Under the pieces are notes generated by a model, which worked only from the letters and a program-made list of their open reading frames with translations, was not told the origin of the DNA and made no database searches. Shown one piece after another: positions 14,897 through 27,141 of a stretch of DNA of 64,000 nucleotides (its first letter is position 1; each line of letters begins with the position of its first letter). The DNA is from Macrostomum lignano (taxonomy: Eukaryota). Position numbers and translations under genes: made by a program. The stretch lies in the NCBI GenBank assembly GCA_002269645.1, contig NIVC01001530.1, positions 124,001 through 188,000 on the forward strand, written 5' to 3'.

Positions 14897-17676
14897 ACAA
14901 TCTTAACGTTTAAGAAATTTAAGAAATTTTAACGTTAGATCAGTCTCAGAGTCTATGCATGCTCTGTCATTTTTCTTACGCAAAAGATTGTCTATGGCCT
15001 CCGTCTATGGCAAAGCTTAGCAGAGAAGCTAGCGTACACTTCTGTGCTCAATAACTCGCCTCTGGAGCAATTTTTCGCAACCAAATGTTTGTGGGAAAAA
15101 CTTACAAATGTTTAGTGTGGACCTGTTAAATTACTGTGCTATAGGCCTAACTGCTCACTCACGGTGAGCGCACAAAGTGTTACCCTTTTTTGGGACACCC
15201 GTTATAATACTAAATAATATAGATTTTGGTTTAAAACTAATCAAAGGCTGATCCCGCGAGCACTCAATTAAAAATGCATTATAGGCGCAATCTGCATTTC
15301 GCCACTTTGCAAAATGGCAAATGGTTTGCTGGATAAATGTTAGTCTATGGAATCAGTCTTATAGTCTATGGTAGAGGTTCTGATTCATTTACAGTTAAGC
15401 TGAGAGAAGCATCGTCTTCACAGGATGGTGTTTCAATATTTCTCTGCGAGCTGTATTGTTCGACGCAAATAGGCATTCTTCTGCTCGACATGAAATCCAT
15501 GTTTTGTTGTATCAGCGGCTGGCTTCGCAAAGACCAGTTATTTCTTCGCTGGCAAAGGCAGACTAGTGGACCAATGGACGGGATTACCGGTTCCTGCTGG
15601 CGTTGGATGCAGCAGCTACGCTTTGGATCCGGAATTGGGACGTCAACAATTTGCTTGAAGATCTTACAGGCTGAACAGGAGCAACCGTCTCAGACATAGG
15701 ACAGACCTAGACAGTCAGAGGCTGTCTATTGCGATGTCTATTGCTATGTCTATGTTTGTCTATGTCTACTTCTGGACTTTCTCTATGTCTATGTCTATGT
15801 CTGTCTATGTCTATGTCAGTGTCTATGTATGTGGCTATGTATGTGTCTGTGTCTATGTCTGTCTATGTCTATGTCTATGTCTATGTCTGTGTCTGTGTCT
15901 GTGTCTGTGTCTGTGTCTGTGTCTATGTCTGTTTCTATGTCTGTGTCTATGTCTGTGTTTGTGTCTGTGTCTGTGTCTATGTATGTGTCTGTGTCTGTGT
16001 CTGTGTCTGTCTGTGTCTGTGTCTGTGTCTGTGTCTGTGTCTGTGTCTATGTCTGTGTCTATGTCTGTGTCTGTGTCTGTGTCTATGTCTGTTTCTATGT
16101 CTATGTCTGTGTCTGTGTCTGTGTCTGTTTCTATGTCTATGTCTGTGTCTGTGTCTATGTCTGTGTCTGTGTCTGTGTCTGTGTCTGTGTCTGTGTCTAT
16201 GTCTGTTTCTATGTCTGTGTCTATGTCTGTGTCTGTGTCTGTGTCTATGTCTGTTTCTATGTCTATGTCTGTGTCTGTGTCTGTGTCTGTGTCTATGTCT
16301 GTGTCTATGTCTGTGTCTGTGTCTGTGTCTGTGTCTGTGTCTATGTCTGTGTCTGTGTCTGTGTCTGTGTCTATGTCTGTGTCTGTGTCTGTGTCTATGT
16401 CTGTTTCTATGTCTGTGTCTATGTCTGTGTCTGTGTCTGTGTCTATGTCTGTTTCTATGTCTATGTCTGTGTCTGTCTGTGTCTGTTTCTGTGTCTGCAT
16501 CCAGCAGATAGCTGAGTCTCAACTAGCTGGAGCAAATTCTCATTTTTAGCATGTCAAAAGCTGTACTAACGAGTGTTGAAGATGTCTGTGACATTTCTGC
16601 CCGGTAAATCGGGTGGGAATAAATTCGTGCTCGCAGGAGCAACCACAGAATTTGCAAAAAACTATATTTAGTATTGCTTTTGTCAGCCAGCTTGATAGTT
16701 CAGCCAACAAAGTTGAGAATTAACTGAGATTTGGTCTTGACCATAGACATAGATATATAACAAAAATGGCAAGCAAGTTGATAATTGCTTATCTTTAATT
16801 GCAATGAGCCGATGTTAAAGCCTGATTTCTATTAGAGAGGTTGCTGCTGGAATCCTTCCTTGTGCTGATGTCTATGGCCGAACTTGGTTGCCTTTTCATC
16901 AACTAGGCTGACTATGGCCATTAACGGGCACGATTGTCATGTCATTGATTGCAAAGCTGGACAACAGAATACTCTAGTCTGTATAGTCGTAGACCATGAA
17001 ATAGGGTGCTGGTCTTTGGCAAAGTTAATGCTATAGGCGCATATTAGATAAATTGACATTTGCAATTTTTTCCCCAAGAGAAATGGAGAATGGGGTTTGA
17101 GGAGGCGTTTTCATTGATGGCGCGCATGGCATAGCCAGTGGTCAAAAGAGTAGTTCATCTCTTAGCAGAATATATGGTCTGTACATGTCTGCAACCAACT
17201 GCAGCGGTATGCACGTACGCTCGTTGCTCTTAGCAACAGAAAAAAACTGGGCAGACACATTAGCTAACTGCCGCTTGCATGTAGATGACAATTGGCCTAC
17301 CCACGCATACTTGCTTATGGTTTAAGGGGTGGCTGAACGTATAAAAATGCGCTAATAAAATTTATGACTCAAATCTACTCCATAGATTAGCAACGTTTGG
17401 GAATTAAAACAAAGAAAGCTGCTCAAACACAAGTATTCAAAATGACTGCTGTCTCAACTAAGACAGTAGTAACTTTTCTTTGCTCAATTCTTGGTAAGTC
17501 CATCCGACATTGCGTCGCTTCTGTTGCCTCGTTTTTTAAATGTTTTTCTGACATCATCCACTGAAACAGCAGTTTATCCGACGAGTTTGTATTGCCAGAA
17601 AACTGTTCATTGCAGCTTTTGCGATCCCAATCAGCTGTCAGATTAATTACGAGGTTGCGAGCTCCATCAACATCAC
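14871..17676. repeat. Tandem segmental duplication, copy 2 (about 2.8 kb); continues into the intact gene
   Basis: Starts with AGCTTTGCCATACACAG as at 12244. It carries only the centre and right arm of the MITE (14871-15202). Confidence 0.95.
15729..16498. repeat. Compound hexamer microsatellite, expanded copy (about 182 bp longer than in copy 1)
   Basis: The offset between the copies changes from 2626 to 2808 across this tract. Confidence 0.96.
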
Positions 17677-19681
17677 GGAAGCTCACAGCACACGGATGCT
17701 GATTGATGCCGATGCTCGCAGCGACATCCACTGCGCTGTAAAATGCCAAGAGAAACAATGCGACGCAGTGGTTGCTAAGAGTAAAAGCGACAGTCAATTT
17801 ACCTGCGATTTTATCTTCGTTGATGACGAATCAAATGGTCAGCTGCAGCCGACCGAGAGGCACCAGCGCAGGGAGTTTCAAAGCGGTAATGGAGTCAAAA
17901 TCTGGACTCTGCCAGACTTTTCCAGGTTGCTGCAAGAGAGAAAGATGAGAGTCACATTTACCGGTAAGTTTTTAGTGTTGGCATGTATCAGGGACTACTA
18001 GATTCCCAATTAAGGGACCGTGTGCGTGAGATCGTGACTGCGTACAGTATTGGCGCGCTTTTTATATGCTCAGACAGAAGTCAGCGGAATGGGCACAACT
18101 GCCTCAGCGCTGGTTGTGGGCCGATGTCTATGTACAGTCCTCCTGCGAATAATAATGTACACTTTTAAATACAGCCACGGGCTCCGGAAAGGACGGCTCC
18201 ATCCAAGCTCTTAGCATCAGGGGAACCGGCTGCTACCGCATCGAAGTCTTGGGAGCCAGAGGCGGCTGGGACTACAGCGCAACAAAGAATCCCGGCAAAG
18301 GCGCCTCCATCGCTGGCACCTTCAGCCTGACTGCCGAAACCGATCTGGCCATCGTTGTTGGCCAGGCGGGCCAACAGTCGGCTGCAACGTTCGCCGGCTC
18401 GGGCGGCGGCGGTGGCAGCTTCGTGTACAAGAGCAGCGACAACCAGCTGCTCATCGCTGCTGGCGGAGGCGGCGGAGCTTCGTACCATGCAATCGGTAAG
18501 ATTTGCAGGTGATGCAGTAGTTCATGCATGCCCTGTGGGTTTGATGCAGTGCGATTCAAAACCCACAAGGGCCAACCCTAACAATGAGAGAGTCTTTTTT
18601 GACTCAGCTGCAAGGGGCTCCGGGCATCCGGATACAGCGGGGAGGCATCGCTAACCCCTGGCGACCACGGGCAGCTGGTGCTGCGGTGTCGCGCAGGGAG
18701 ATCCGGAGATCCGGTGGTCCCCCCCGGAGAGTCCAGGAGGTGGATGGTCGCTCGCCCTGCAGCGAACGAGCTGGCAGAAATTCTCGGGCCTGACAACGTT
18801 GTAAAGGTTCGGGTTTGGGCCGGTCGACTGTCGCCTTGAATCTGCGGCAGTGGCTTCCTAATTTATTCTGGTGACATGCAAAAGATCAACACTAAATTTT
18901 CGTATAAATACAGAACCGACGTACCTTTGTACCTCGCAGTACGGGAGTCTGTATTTATCGTCACTTCTAAAGGTTCAACTCACACTGCCATCAAGTGAAC
19001 CATCAAAGTCTACGAAGGTATCAAAATTTGATCACTCAAAATTTGGTCCTACTTGGTTGTGTGAACGAGCTGGAAACTTCTATGAGTCAACATTAATTCT
19101 GTGCAATTGTCTTTATTCAATTGGCTCAACAATATTTAAAAATTCCCTAAAACCTGTCAGGTGTGAACGGCAATTCTGTGGGCTATGGATTCGACTCTTC
19201 ATATTACCTATCAAATGACTACAAGGGACTTGGAGGCAACGGGGGCGAGCCGGGCAGGGTGGCCCCGTCGCGTTACCATGGCAACCCGGACAATCGGCAC
19301 AGCCCGGGCGGCCCCGGCGCCGGCTGGAACGGCAGCGCGGTCTCCAACACCGGCGTCTACCCCACCGACGGCACCGGAGGCTTCAGCCGCGTCGGCGGGT
19401 GGCTGGGCGGCGTCCGCGGTGACACGATGGCTACCGGCGACGGCGGCTTCGGTGGAGGCGGCGGCGGCGCCAGGGGCTCAATGATCAATTATGGAGCTGA
19501 CGCCTACTTCGGCGGCAGCGGCGGTGGCGGCGGCTACAGCGGCGGCGGCGCCGGTGCCCTCTCGGAATGCGCCGGTGGAGGCGGCGGCTCTGCTTGCTTC
19601 GGCACCGACTGCAACGGCGTGGCCGGAGGAAACTCGATGATGAATGGGGAGGTCCGAGTCTCATCTGTTGACTGCAGCTAG
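17442..19681 (+). CDS. Secreted protein: signal peptide + PAN/apple-like domain + ALK/LTK-type glycine-rich domain, 413 aa; exons 17442-17493, 17616-17963, 18175-18495, 19161-19681
   Basis: The N-terminus MTAVSTKTVVTFLCSILAFAIPISC is signal-like. SDIHCAVKCQEKQCDAV...FTCDF fits a PAN-like Cys pattern. SIQ...GTGCYRIEVLGARGG, LAIVVGQ, GSGGGGGSFV, LLIAAGGGGGA and GGFGGGGGG are motifs of the ALK/LTK Gly-rich domain. Three phase-1 GT-AG introns give 1242 nt in frame. No transmembrane or kinase domain is present. Confidence 0.8.
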
Positions 19682-21071
19682 ACAGAGCTGTTCCTGGTTG
19701 CCATGCAGCTTTCCATGGCAAACTATACAGTGCGAGATAGTTCTTTGTTCTTTTGTTCATGTACGTATATGGTTTTGTCTAGTCTATGTCTTATGACTCA
19801 GCGGCCCCGACCGCCCCCTTGACCCCGCAATTCAGGGCCACGGACAAATGTGTCACATGCCGTAACTGTTAAAATGGACGTTAATTATAGAAGGCTGCTC
19901 ACGCAAGGTGTGATTTATTCTTAGCTATTTCTTGCTTCTGAATTCTGAATTTTCCTGTTTCAAATGAATCAAAAGCATGACGCTTTTGTCAGATAATTGA
20001 AAAAAATCTTCCAATCTAACTATTTGATTTTGCAGCAGAAACCGGTTTTAATAACGTCCTTTTAATTTTACTTGTGTCCATTGGTGACGAACGATTAATA
20101 TTGCAATAGGAGCAAAATTAAGAAACACTTTGACAAGGTTGTGTTTAGTCTTGCAAATGTACTTTCTGTGAATTCGTTTCAATAATTATGATTCTTGATG
20201 CCTTGGAACATTGTTTTGGGATGACTTATTGCAATTGCCTCTTAATTTGTTATAATATGCATAATTGCCTAGTAAAAAAAGACTTGTACGTTGTTAGCTC
20301 GTATAGCCAAAGCTCTTGCGAAAAAGATTTTCGTTTGTGAATTCACTTCTACTCTCGTGAAGTGACATACGACCTTCCATGTATTTTTATAGTCGCATTG
20401 ATATACCATACTTAATGTAACTTACCCCTTATTCTACCAATATATATTTTATTAGATCTGTGTATTTAATATCCTTATTCTAAGGTATTTCGTGCACACA
20501 TTTTCAGATGGTTAAATTTTCAATCTTTCCAAAATGGAAAGCCGCTTGTAGTCGTAACTATAGGATCAGCTTTCTTTGACTTTTGTACAATATGCCTTTT
20601 CCTTGAGCCGTACTCATACTGATTAATTTAGCAATCAATAGTAAAACGAACAACTTTGTCTACACTGCCGCTTATACTAACTCAATAAAAAACTTGAAGC
20701 TCACAGTTTTTCTAACAAAAAGCTACCATTATCAATAAAAAACGTCTTGCTGCATGGAGGAGGAGGACTATGAAACATTCTTTTGAAAGCATATTTATAG
20801 GATGATACGGGAGACGAAGTGAGTTTTGGGATTGCGTTTTGCCCACCCCCGTCAATCAATTATCTTTTAGCCTTATCGTGTGAAGGGTAACAGTTTAATT
20901 GGATAGAGAATGAAATTGATGAAATTTGCATTCTTAAAGCTAGCAACTGCCACCCTACCTATAGCAGAGATGCTAACCCTTATTATAACGTTTGCGTTGA
21001 GTCCTAAAAGCCTCTTCCTAATAGCTATCCCTCAATATGTTTCTAGCTGTACTGCTGTGCGTGAGTCTATC

Positions 21072-21262
21072 AGAAGCCAGTTGGTCTGGCGCGGCGCTCT
21101 GATGTACCAGCGACCCAGGCTCGATTCCAAGTGCAGTCACACTCATTTGATGTTAATTTGAATTTCGGCTTGGCTCTGCTCGTGCAATTAACGTCTTTGA
21201 GGACCAACCTCCAATGCACAGTGGAGTGTACATGCCTAACGATAAATAAACTTGGGTGCACC
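21072..21262 (+). mobile_element. tRNA-derived SINE family 2, 3'-truncated copy A
   Basis: A-box-like AGCCAGTTGG (21075) and B-box GGCTCGATTCC (21118). Homologous to 21971-22250 and 50455-50662. Confidence 0.7.
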
Positions 21263-21307
21263 CTGGCGCACTTTAAGCGACATTATCGCACAACCGGCAA
21301 GAGGCAT

Positions 21308-21965
21308 TAGGGGTGTTCGGGGTTCGGGTCGGGGTTCGGAGTTCGGGGTAGGGGTACCGGTTTCGGGGTTCCGGTCGGGTTTGGCCCGCGGTTTTTTCGG
21401 GGTTTTCGAGTTTTGCCCAATTTTTTTTCCTTTTGACTGTTACTGATTTATTTCTCTGGAAAGTGTATGAGTGCATCGCATTGAATAGGAAAAGCAGATT
21501 AAGTTAAATGTGTTTTCTTCATTGGTTTGCAGTGCATTTTTTGTCTGCCCGCCAAGGTATGGCTTAAATTGACTAAAAATTAAAAAAAATTCATTAAATG
21601 TGAGATAAGGAAAGGAGCTCGTACCTAAGGCCAACATATTTTTTCCCATTTAAACTTCCTGAAGGGCCATTGTGCCATTATTTGCACTTATAAACAATTT
21701 TTCAATTATTTTTGAGCTTACGTCCGCGCCAAAAATGTTTGCAATTAGAGTAAAATATATATAAATCACTGTATTTTCACTCAGCAGCGTACTTGTTCAT
21801 TAAAATGATGGACCAATTCAGTGTCAAAAGGTTCGGGTCGGGTTTTGGTACCGCGGCTTTCGGGGTTTGAAAAAATTTTCGGTTCGGGGTTCGGGGTTCG
21901 GAGTAGGGGCACCGGGCTCAGGGTTAACCCCAAACCCCGAAAAATTGCCATCTGGAACACCCCTA
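21308..21965. mobile_element. hAT-like MITE (about 658 bp) with TIR TAGGGGTGTTC and GGGGTTC-rich subterminal repeats
   Basis: TAGGGGTGTTC (21308-21318) pairs with GAACACCCCTA (21955-21965). Flanking direct repeat GGCAT (5 bp), or AGGCATT (7 bp) if the ends are shifted by 1 bp. Confidence 0.75.
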
Positions 21966-21970
21966 GGCAT

Positions 21971-22250
21971 TGCTCCGCCGACTCCCCTGAGCAGGCACAC
22001 AAGCGCGCGGATACGTACTATGCAGTCATACGCACAGGCACCACTCACACAGGAGTGCACAGGAGTGCCCTAACTTTATTTATCGTACATAAATAAATGT
22101 ACACTTCACTGTGCTTTGGGGGTTGGCCCTCAAGGCCGTTAATTGCACGAGCAGAGCCAAGCCGAGATTCCAATTTAGCCCACACTTAATGTGACTGCAC
22201 TTGGAATCGAGCCTGGGCCGCTGGCACATCAGAGCGCCACGCAAAACCGC
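21971..22250 (-). mobile_element. tRNA-derived SINE family 2, copy B
   Basis: Reverse-complement B-box GGAATCGAGCC at 22203-22213; the body aligns with copies A and C. Confidence 0.7.
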
Positions 22251-25200
22251 TGCACTCCCGGACTAAATCCCGGATCCGAGAAGAGCGGCGCGGTTGCAGC
22301 TTCCGCACTGTTCTAAAACCCCCCTTTCTCTTTTGAGTCGGGAGGGAATGACCTTTACAACGGTACGCACTAAATTAACTGATTGCTATGGAGATCTGCT
22401 TTGGCCACGCAGGGGTGGCGGTGTGAGGATTTCAACGCACCGGTTGTGTTATAGTTGCCGCTCTCGCCCTTCCTAGGTCGCTGTCCCTCACCGCACTTTC
22501 AGTCCCTTCAACCCCGTCAAATTCGTCTCCCGGCCAGCTCAATTTCGTCCCGTTGCCAGGGGGGCCATCGATCGGTTTTGCGATCCGGTTCTGTCCGACT
22601 GAAATGATGGGATGGGCTCAGGTCGTGTGTCCCATCACTCATGCTAGCGTCTGTTGCTACTCTTCTCTTCGCTTGCTATTTTTTATCAGCCGAGGTTGCT
22701 GTATATATAGATTTCTAACTCATGTATCATCCTTATTTTGCAGAAATCCTTGACTGATCAAGGGAAATTATTTCAATTGTTTTATTTTTTACTTTTTTAT
22801 CACCTTGTCTGCCTACTTCTAGTAAAATATTAGTATGCATCTAAGATTTGAAATCTGAAAGGTTGAGTCGGATTTTGTTTTATTGTTTTGAGCACATGTT
22901 AAACTAGTAGTATTCGTGAGAAGAAGCTGAAGGGATAATTGTTTGCCCTCTTTTAGAGTTCGGAGAGACAGCTAGAGTCTCAGCTCTTCATCGTCATGGT
23001 GGATTTAACGGCGGTGCCATGCGGCTCCTGGACCGCCGGGCAAGAGTGGATCGGGGCGGGAGTTGGCCGGCCCGATGGAAACGCGGTGCCCAGGCCAAGA
23101 AGCGACCCAGAGTCACTTGTGTCACCCCCAAGTCGAATTGCAGGTACTGTACATGTATTTTTCGCAGGTAAAATAGGAAAGAACTGTACTTACTCTAGAC
23201 GACTCTAAAACGACGATTAGTTACGGTATAAGTCGTCTAAAAGTCAATTTGAGGCGTTTTATTGTCTGCTACTCTGCAGCAACTCGGCGGCCCTAGAGTC
23301 GCTGTAGAATCACTGATTTGCGTCTAAAGCGCGTCTAGCTGTGTCACTTTATGATTTAGAATCGAATTTCGCACTTCTACATGTACGTTATATATATTTG
23401 GCAGTAAATCACGCCCTGAGATGGCGGCTTCTGGCATCGACAGTTAACTGAAGAATGATCAATATTCAGAAACCTGCCACAGTGCTTTGTCCGTGTGTTG
23501 TATGGCTGCCTAAAATATAGGCACAGAGTCAGGACTGGCTCTATTTCATTTTGTTTTTCATCCAAAGTGGGCCAATGGCTCCTTACCAGGGAATTCAAAC
23601 CCTTAGTTTTACCAATCATGTGGTCCCGTCATTGTACTCGTATTCATTAGTTTAGGGTCGGGAAACTTTTTTAGCTTATGGGCCAGATAAGGAATCTAGA
23701 TCATTGCTGCGGGTTAGATAGAGAGGAAAGGAGAATAGAGAAGAAAGATCATGTAGGTGAGAGACGAGATAAAATCGATACGCTCGTATAAGGAAAGGAG
23801 AGCAGAGTAGAGCGGAAAAAGAGAGCTGAGAAGAGACAAACCTTGAGCGGGCCGGATTGCCATTGTGAAGTTTCAAAGGACCCGAGGGCTGGCGGGGTTT
23901 GCGGACCCCTGCCCTCGTCATAAACTACATGCACGCTCGTATAAAGAGTTCGTATAATAATAAGCGGCCCTCCGAATAAAAAGTCCTGGCTACACACGCC
24001 CCCCCCCCGACCCTCATCAAGCAGCCTATTCAATTCAGTTGCAGACTAACCGCGACCAGCATTGCTTAACTAAAAAAAATTGCTTTTTAGAACTTTTAAA
24101 ACAGGTTTTGTGAAAAGTATACTACCGAGATGAGAACTATTGTATTATTCGATAGTTTTAGCTAGAACCAGATCGAATGGTTATCTTTGTAAATACGAGT
24201 ATCTTCTTTACAATTTACAATAGTGATTATGCAATGAACGGAATCTTTCATATTTCGTCAGACAGCGTGAACCCATTTTATTAGCTTGTAGTTTTACTTT
24301 TAAGTAAAAAAACATCAAACACTTATAGGTTTATATTCTATTTATTTCCGACCATTAAACACTTTTACTACTAATAATTTAAGTAGAATGATAAGAAAAA
24401 CAACAAATAGATACGTTTATTGCATTAGCATAAATACTGTGGGATAAAGACTAGCACACAAGTGAAATGTTAGATTCGGTTTACAATCATAAATCTAACT
24501 AGGGATTTCTATATAGCGTGCAATTACTCGTACATTAATAAACAGCTGATATAAAAATTAGTAAGCTAAAAATGACAGACAACATGTATATTTTATATAT
24601 TGTATTTTCACTATCTAATTTAGTATATAACAAAAATGTAACATTTGCTTTAAGTCAGACCTGCTTAAATAGACCCAATGAACATTGAGTGTTTACGTTT
24701 CATTTTCAAATATAAAACGGCTCATTTAAGGGCAACCTGCGTTCAGTGATGATAAAAAATGACGTATTGCTAATCGTACCATATCTCATAACTGCTGCTC
24801 AGAGATTCTAACAGAGTCACGTGCAGTTTAAAAATCTCAGATCAGTAAATGGATAAGCATAAATAAACTTTTGCAAATTACTGTATTCAGTAGAGCTGCA
24901 AAAACTTCACTCCCGTTAGTTGGAATTTTAACGGGCAATAGTTAAATATCGCAATGAAATTAGGGGTAGCTTGCAAAACATCCAAAAAATCGGTGCACAA
25001 TTGTGTAAGTTTTATTTGAGGCTTCGAGATTTCGTGAGTCAGTTATTATCTTTAGTACTTTTAGTGTGACTTTAGTACCTTTAGTGCCGAAGTAGTAAAT
25101 GCCGTTATGCCCCCCTAAGTTTCTGTGTACTGCTGAATAATTTAGCCAATTCAAACCCATTTCTTGCTGAAATTCTTGCTATCCGTCCAGACTACGAGCG

Positions 25201-25311
25201 TACCCCCCAAGGGGGGCCAAGTGAGCTAGTCCACTATACTAAAAATGACAGATAATGCTATTTTTAGAATTGCCAAAATGCCAAGCTGTCAAACTGCGCA
25301 ATCTGCAAAAA

Positions 25312-26073
25312 TCAATACGGACTGCCATGATTAGAACGCTGATGCCGGTACAGATGACCCGACTGAGAGAAAGCCTTACCGCACACAATACACTTAAACG
25401 GCTTGTCGCCATTGTGTATTCTCTGGTGACTAGCCAGCGAAAATGCTCTACTGAATCTAGCTCCGCAGATTTCGCAGGCAAAAGGCCTATCGCCCGTGTG
25501 CATCCGTTGATGATCAGTGAGGCTGCCAGATTGGGTGAATCGCATGCCGCACAGGCGGCACTCAAAAGGTCGTTCACCTGTGTGAGTGCGCAGGTGCCTG
25601 CCAAGGCTGGACGTCTCCGGGAAGGCTTTGCCGCAGAATCTGCACAGATGTCGCCGCTCATTGTCGTGCACAGCTCGACTGTGTACGCGGAGGTAGCCGG
25701 GCCGGGAGAAGGTTTTGTTGCACTGGGTGCATTGGAACGGCTTCTCCCCGGTGTGAATGCTTAGGTGAGCCATCAGGTGACTTCGCTGGGACAAACGCTT
25801 GCCGCAGAAGTCGCATTGAAAGCACTTGCCAGATACTCTGGAACTGTCTGGCTGGTCTGAGTCACCAGCTGCAGCTGGGGCCTGCTCAAGACAGTCCCCA
25901 GCCGCATCCTGGTGGTCCGGTTTAATTTGTTGATCCTCATTTAGCAGCAATTGCTGTTCAGTTTCAAGCTTAACAATCGTTGGTTTTTGATCTCCGATCT
26001 GTGCGGGCTTAACGTCGTCAGGTGAAGAGGAGTCGGGGATTGTGGAAGTCAGATTTATTTGAGGAAGCTCCAT
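25312..26073 (-). CDS. Intronless C2H2 zinc-finger protein, 253 aa, six tandem fingers
   Basis: Six CxxC-x12-HxxxH/HxxxxH units with TGEKPF/TGERPF/TGDRPF linkers and an acidic N-terminus. Confidence 0.92.
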   Translation of the reverse strand: MELPQINLTSTIPDSSSPDDVKPAQIGDQKPTIVKLETEQQLLLNEDQQIKPDHQDAAGDCLEQAPAAAGDSDQPDSSRVSGKCFQCDFCGKRLSQRSHLMAHLSIHTGEKPFQCTQCNKTFSRPGYLRVHSRAVHDNERRHLCRFCGKAFPETSSLGRHLRTHTGERPFECRLCGMRFTQSGSLTDHQRMHTGDRPFACEICGARFSRAFSLASHQRIHNGDKPFKCIVCGKAFSQSGHLYRHQRSNHGSPY

Positions 26074-26419
26074 TTAAGTGCTGAAGCATTTTGGGAGGAA
26101 AATTAAGATTTATTTTTAGGCAAATAACATACTACTTACTGGCTCATAATATACCTACCATAGCAACTGGAGCATCATAGCAACCAGGTTAGCTAACTAC
26201 TATAGCAATCAGGATGCCAACTGTTATGCTAAAGTTTCATGGAATTATTTTCCTGAAATTTCAATTAATAAATATTTAGACGCCTGCAGACAGAGAAAGT
26301 CTTTATAAGTGCCCATCGGTCATCATGGCAAAAATATATATTTCAAAAAACTCTGTTCCACAAGAATAAATTCACTAAATATAATGCTAACGTGTCACTT
26401 TAGAAGTTATTATTACAAT

Positions 26420-26625
26420 GGGAGACAGGGAGTCCTAGACACACTAGCATCTGGAGTGAGGAGACAGGGAGTCCTAGACACTAATATCTGGAGTGAGGAG
26501 ACAGGAAGTCCTAGACACACTAGCATCTGGAGTGAGGAGACAGGGAGTCCTATACACTAATATATGGAGTGAGAAGACAGGAGTCCAGGACACACTGATA
26601 ACTGGAGTGGAAGACAGGGGTCCTT
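26420..26625. repeat. Short array (about 5 units) of the 37-40 bp CTGGAGTGAGGAGACAGGGAGTCC minisatellite
   Basis: Same unit as the long array at 29548-31030. Confidence 0.9.
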
Positions 26626-27141
26626 GACCTTGATATAGTAAAACAGAACTTTGACAAGCTACAGTTTCAAAAAAGTACTGACAGTCAGTAGACTGCCTTT
26701 GTATATTTGTTTATAAATCTTTAAAGTTGCACATGCAGAGGAATAAAATAATAAATTAGCTTCATAGTAAAAGCAAAATACGCTCGTAATTCGAAGCATG
26801 AAGACTACACAATTATTTGTATTACATAATAATACAGATTACTAAAGGAACTACTATTTATACGAAAGCTTACAAAAAGTATCAGAACTTATATGTAAAT
26901 ACTGTTACATCGCAGTATTACCTACTAAAATGTGATAGCAAATGATGTACTTTAGAAAAGACGAGCTCGCACGTAGAAACTACAGAGGCGTAGCATTAGT
27001 CAGACATTGATCTCGTATCAAGTTAAGAATCTTTCAAGAACTACTCAAAGCACACTATGCTTTGACCAAGCCCTTTTCGCCTTTGTGTACGCTCAATTGA
27101 TTTGATAAGTTACCATTGTAGTGAACTTCTCGCTGCACACC

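Noticed and set aside
13081-16549. Long ORFs of VCVY, RHRH, TDTD and LCLC repeats (likewise CLSV, TDRQ, YLSI, MIGINNLFTQG, RRQGVLDT and TLTLFDLID ORFs elsewhere)
   Set aside because: These are translations of micro- and minisatellites that lack stops in some frames; they have no domain content and lie in introns or spacers.
23540-23640. Possible third SINE (B-box-like GGTTTGAATTCCC on the minus strand)
   Set aside because: Too degenerate; no clear A box, tail, TSD or second copy in the window.
24230-24275. Hammerhead-ribozyme-like CTGACGA...GAAA on the minus strand
   Set aside because: Only 5 nt separate the motifs, so there is no credible stem II, and I found no stems I or III.
25255-25764. 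Antisense or alternative-frame ORFs over real genes (also 42173-42664, 32588-33061, 59652-60960)
   Set aside because: They are shadows of GC-rich coding sequence and have no independent motifs.
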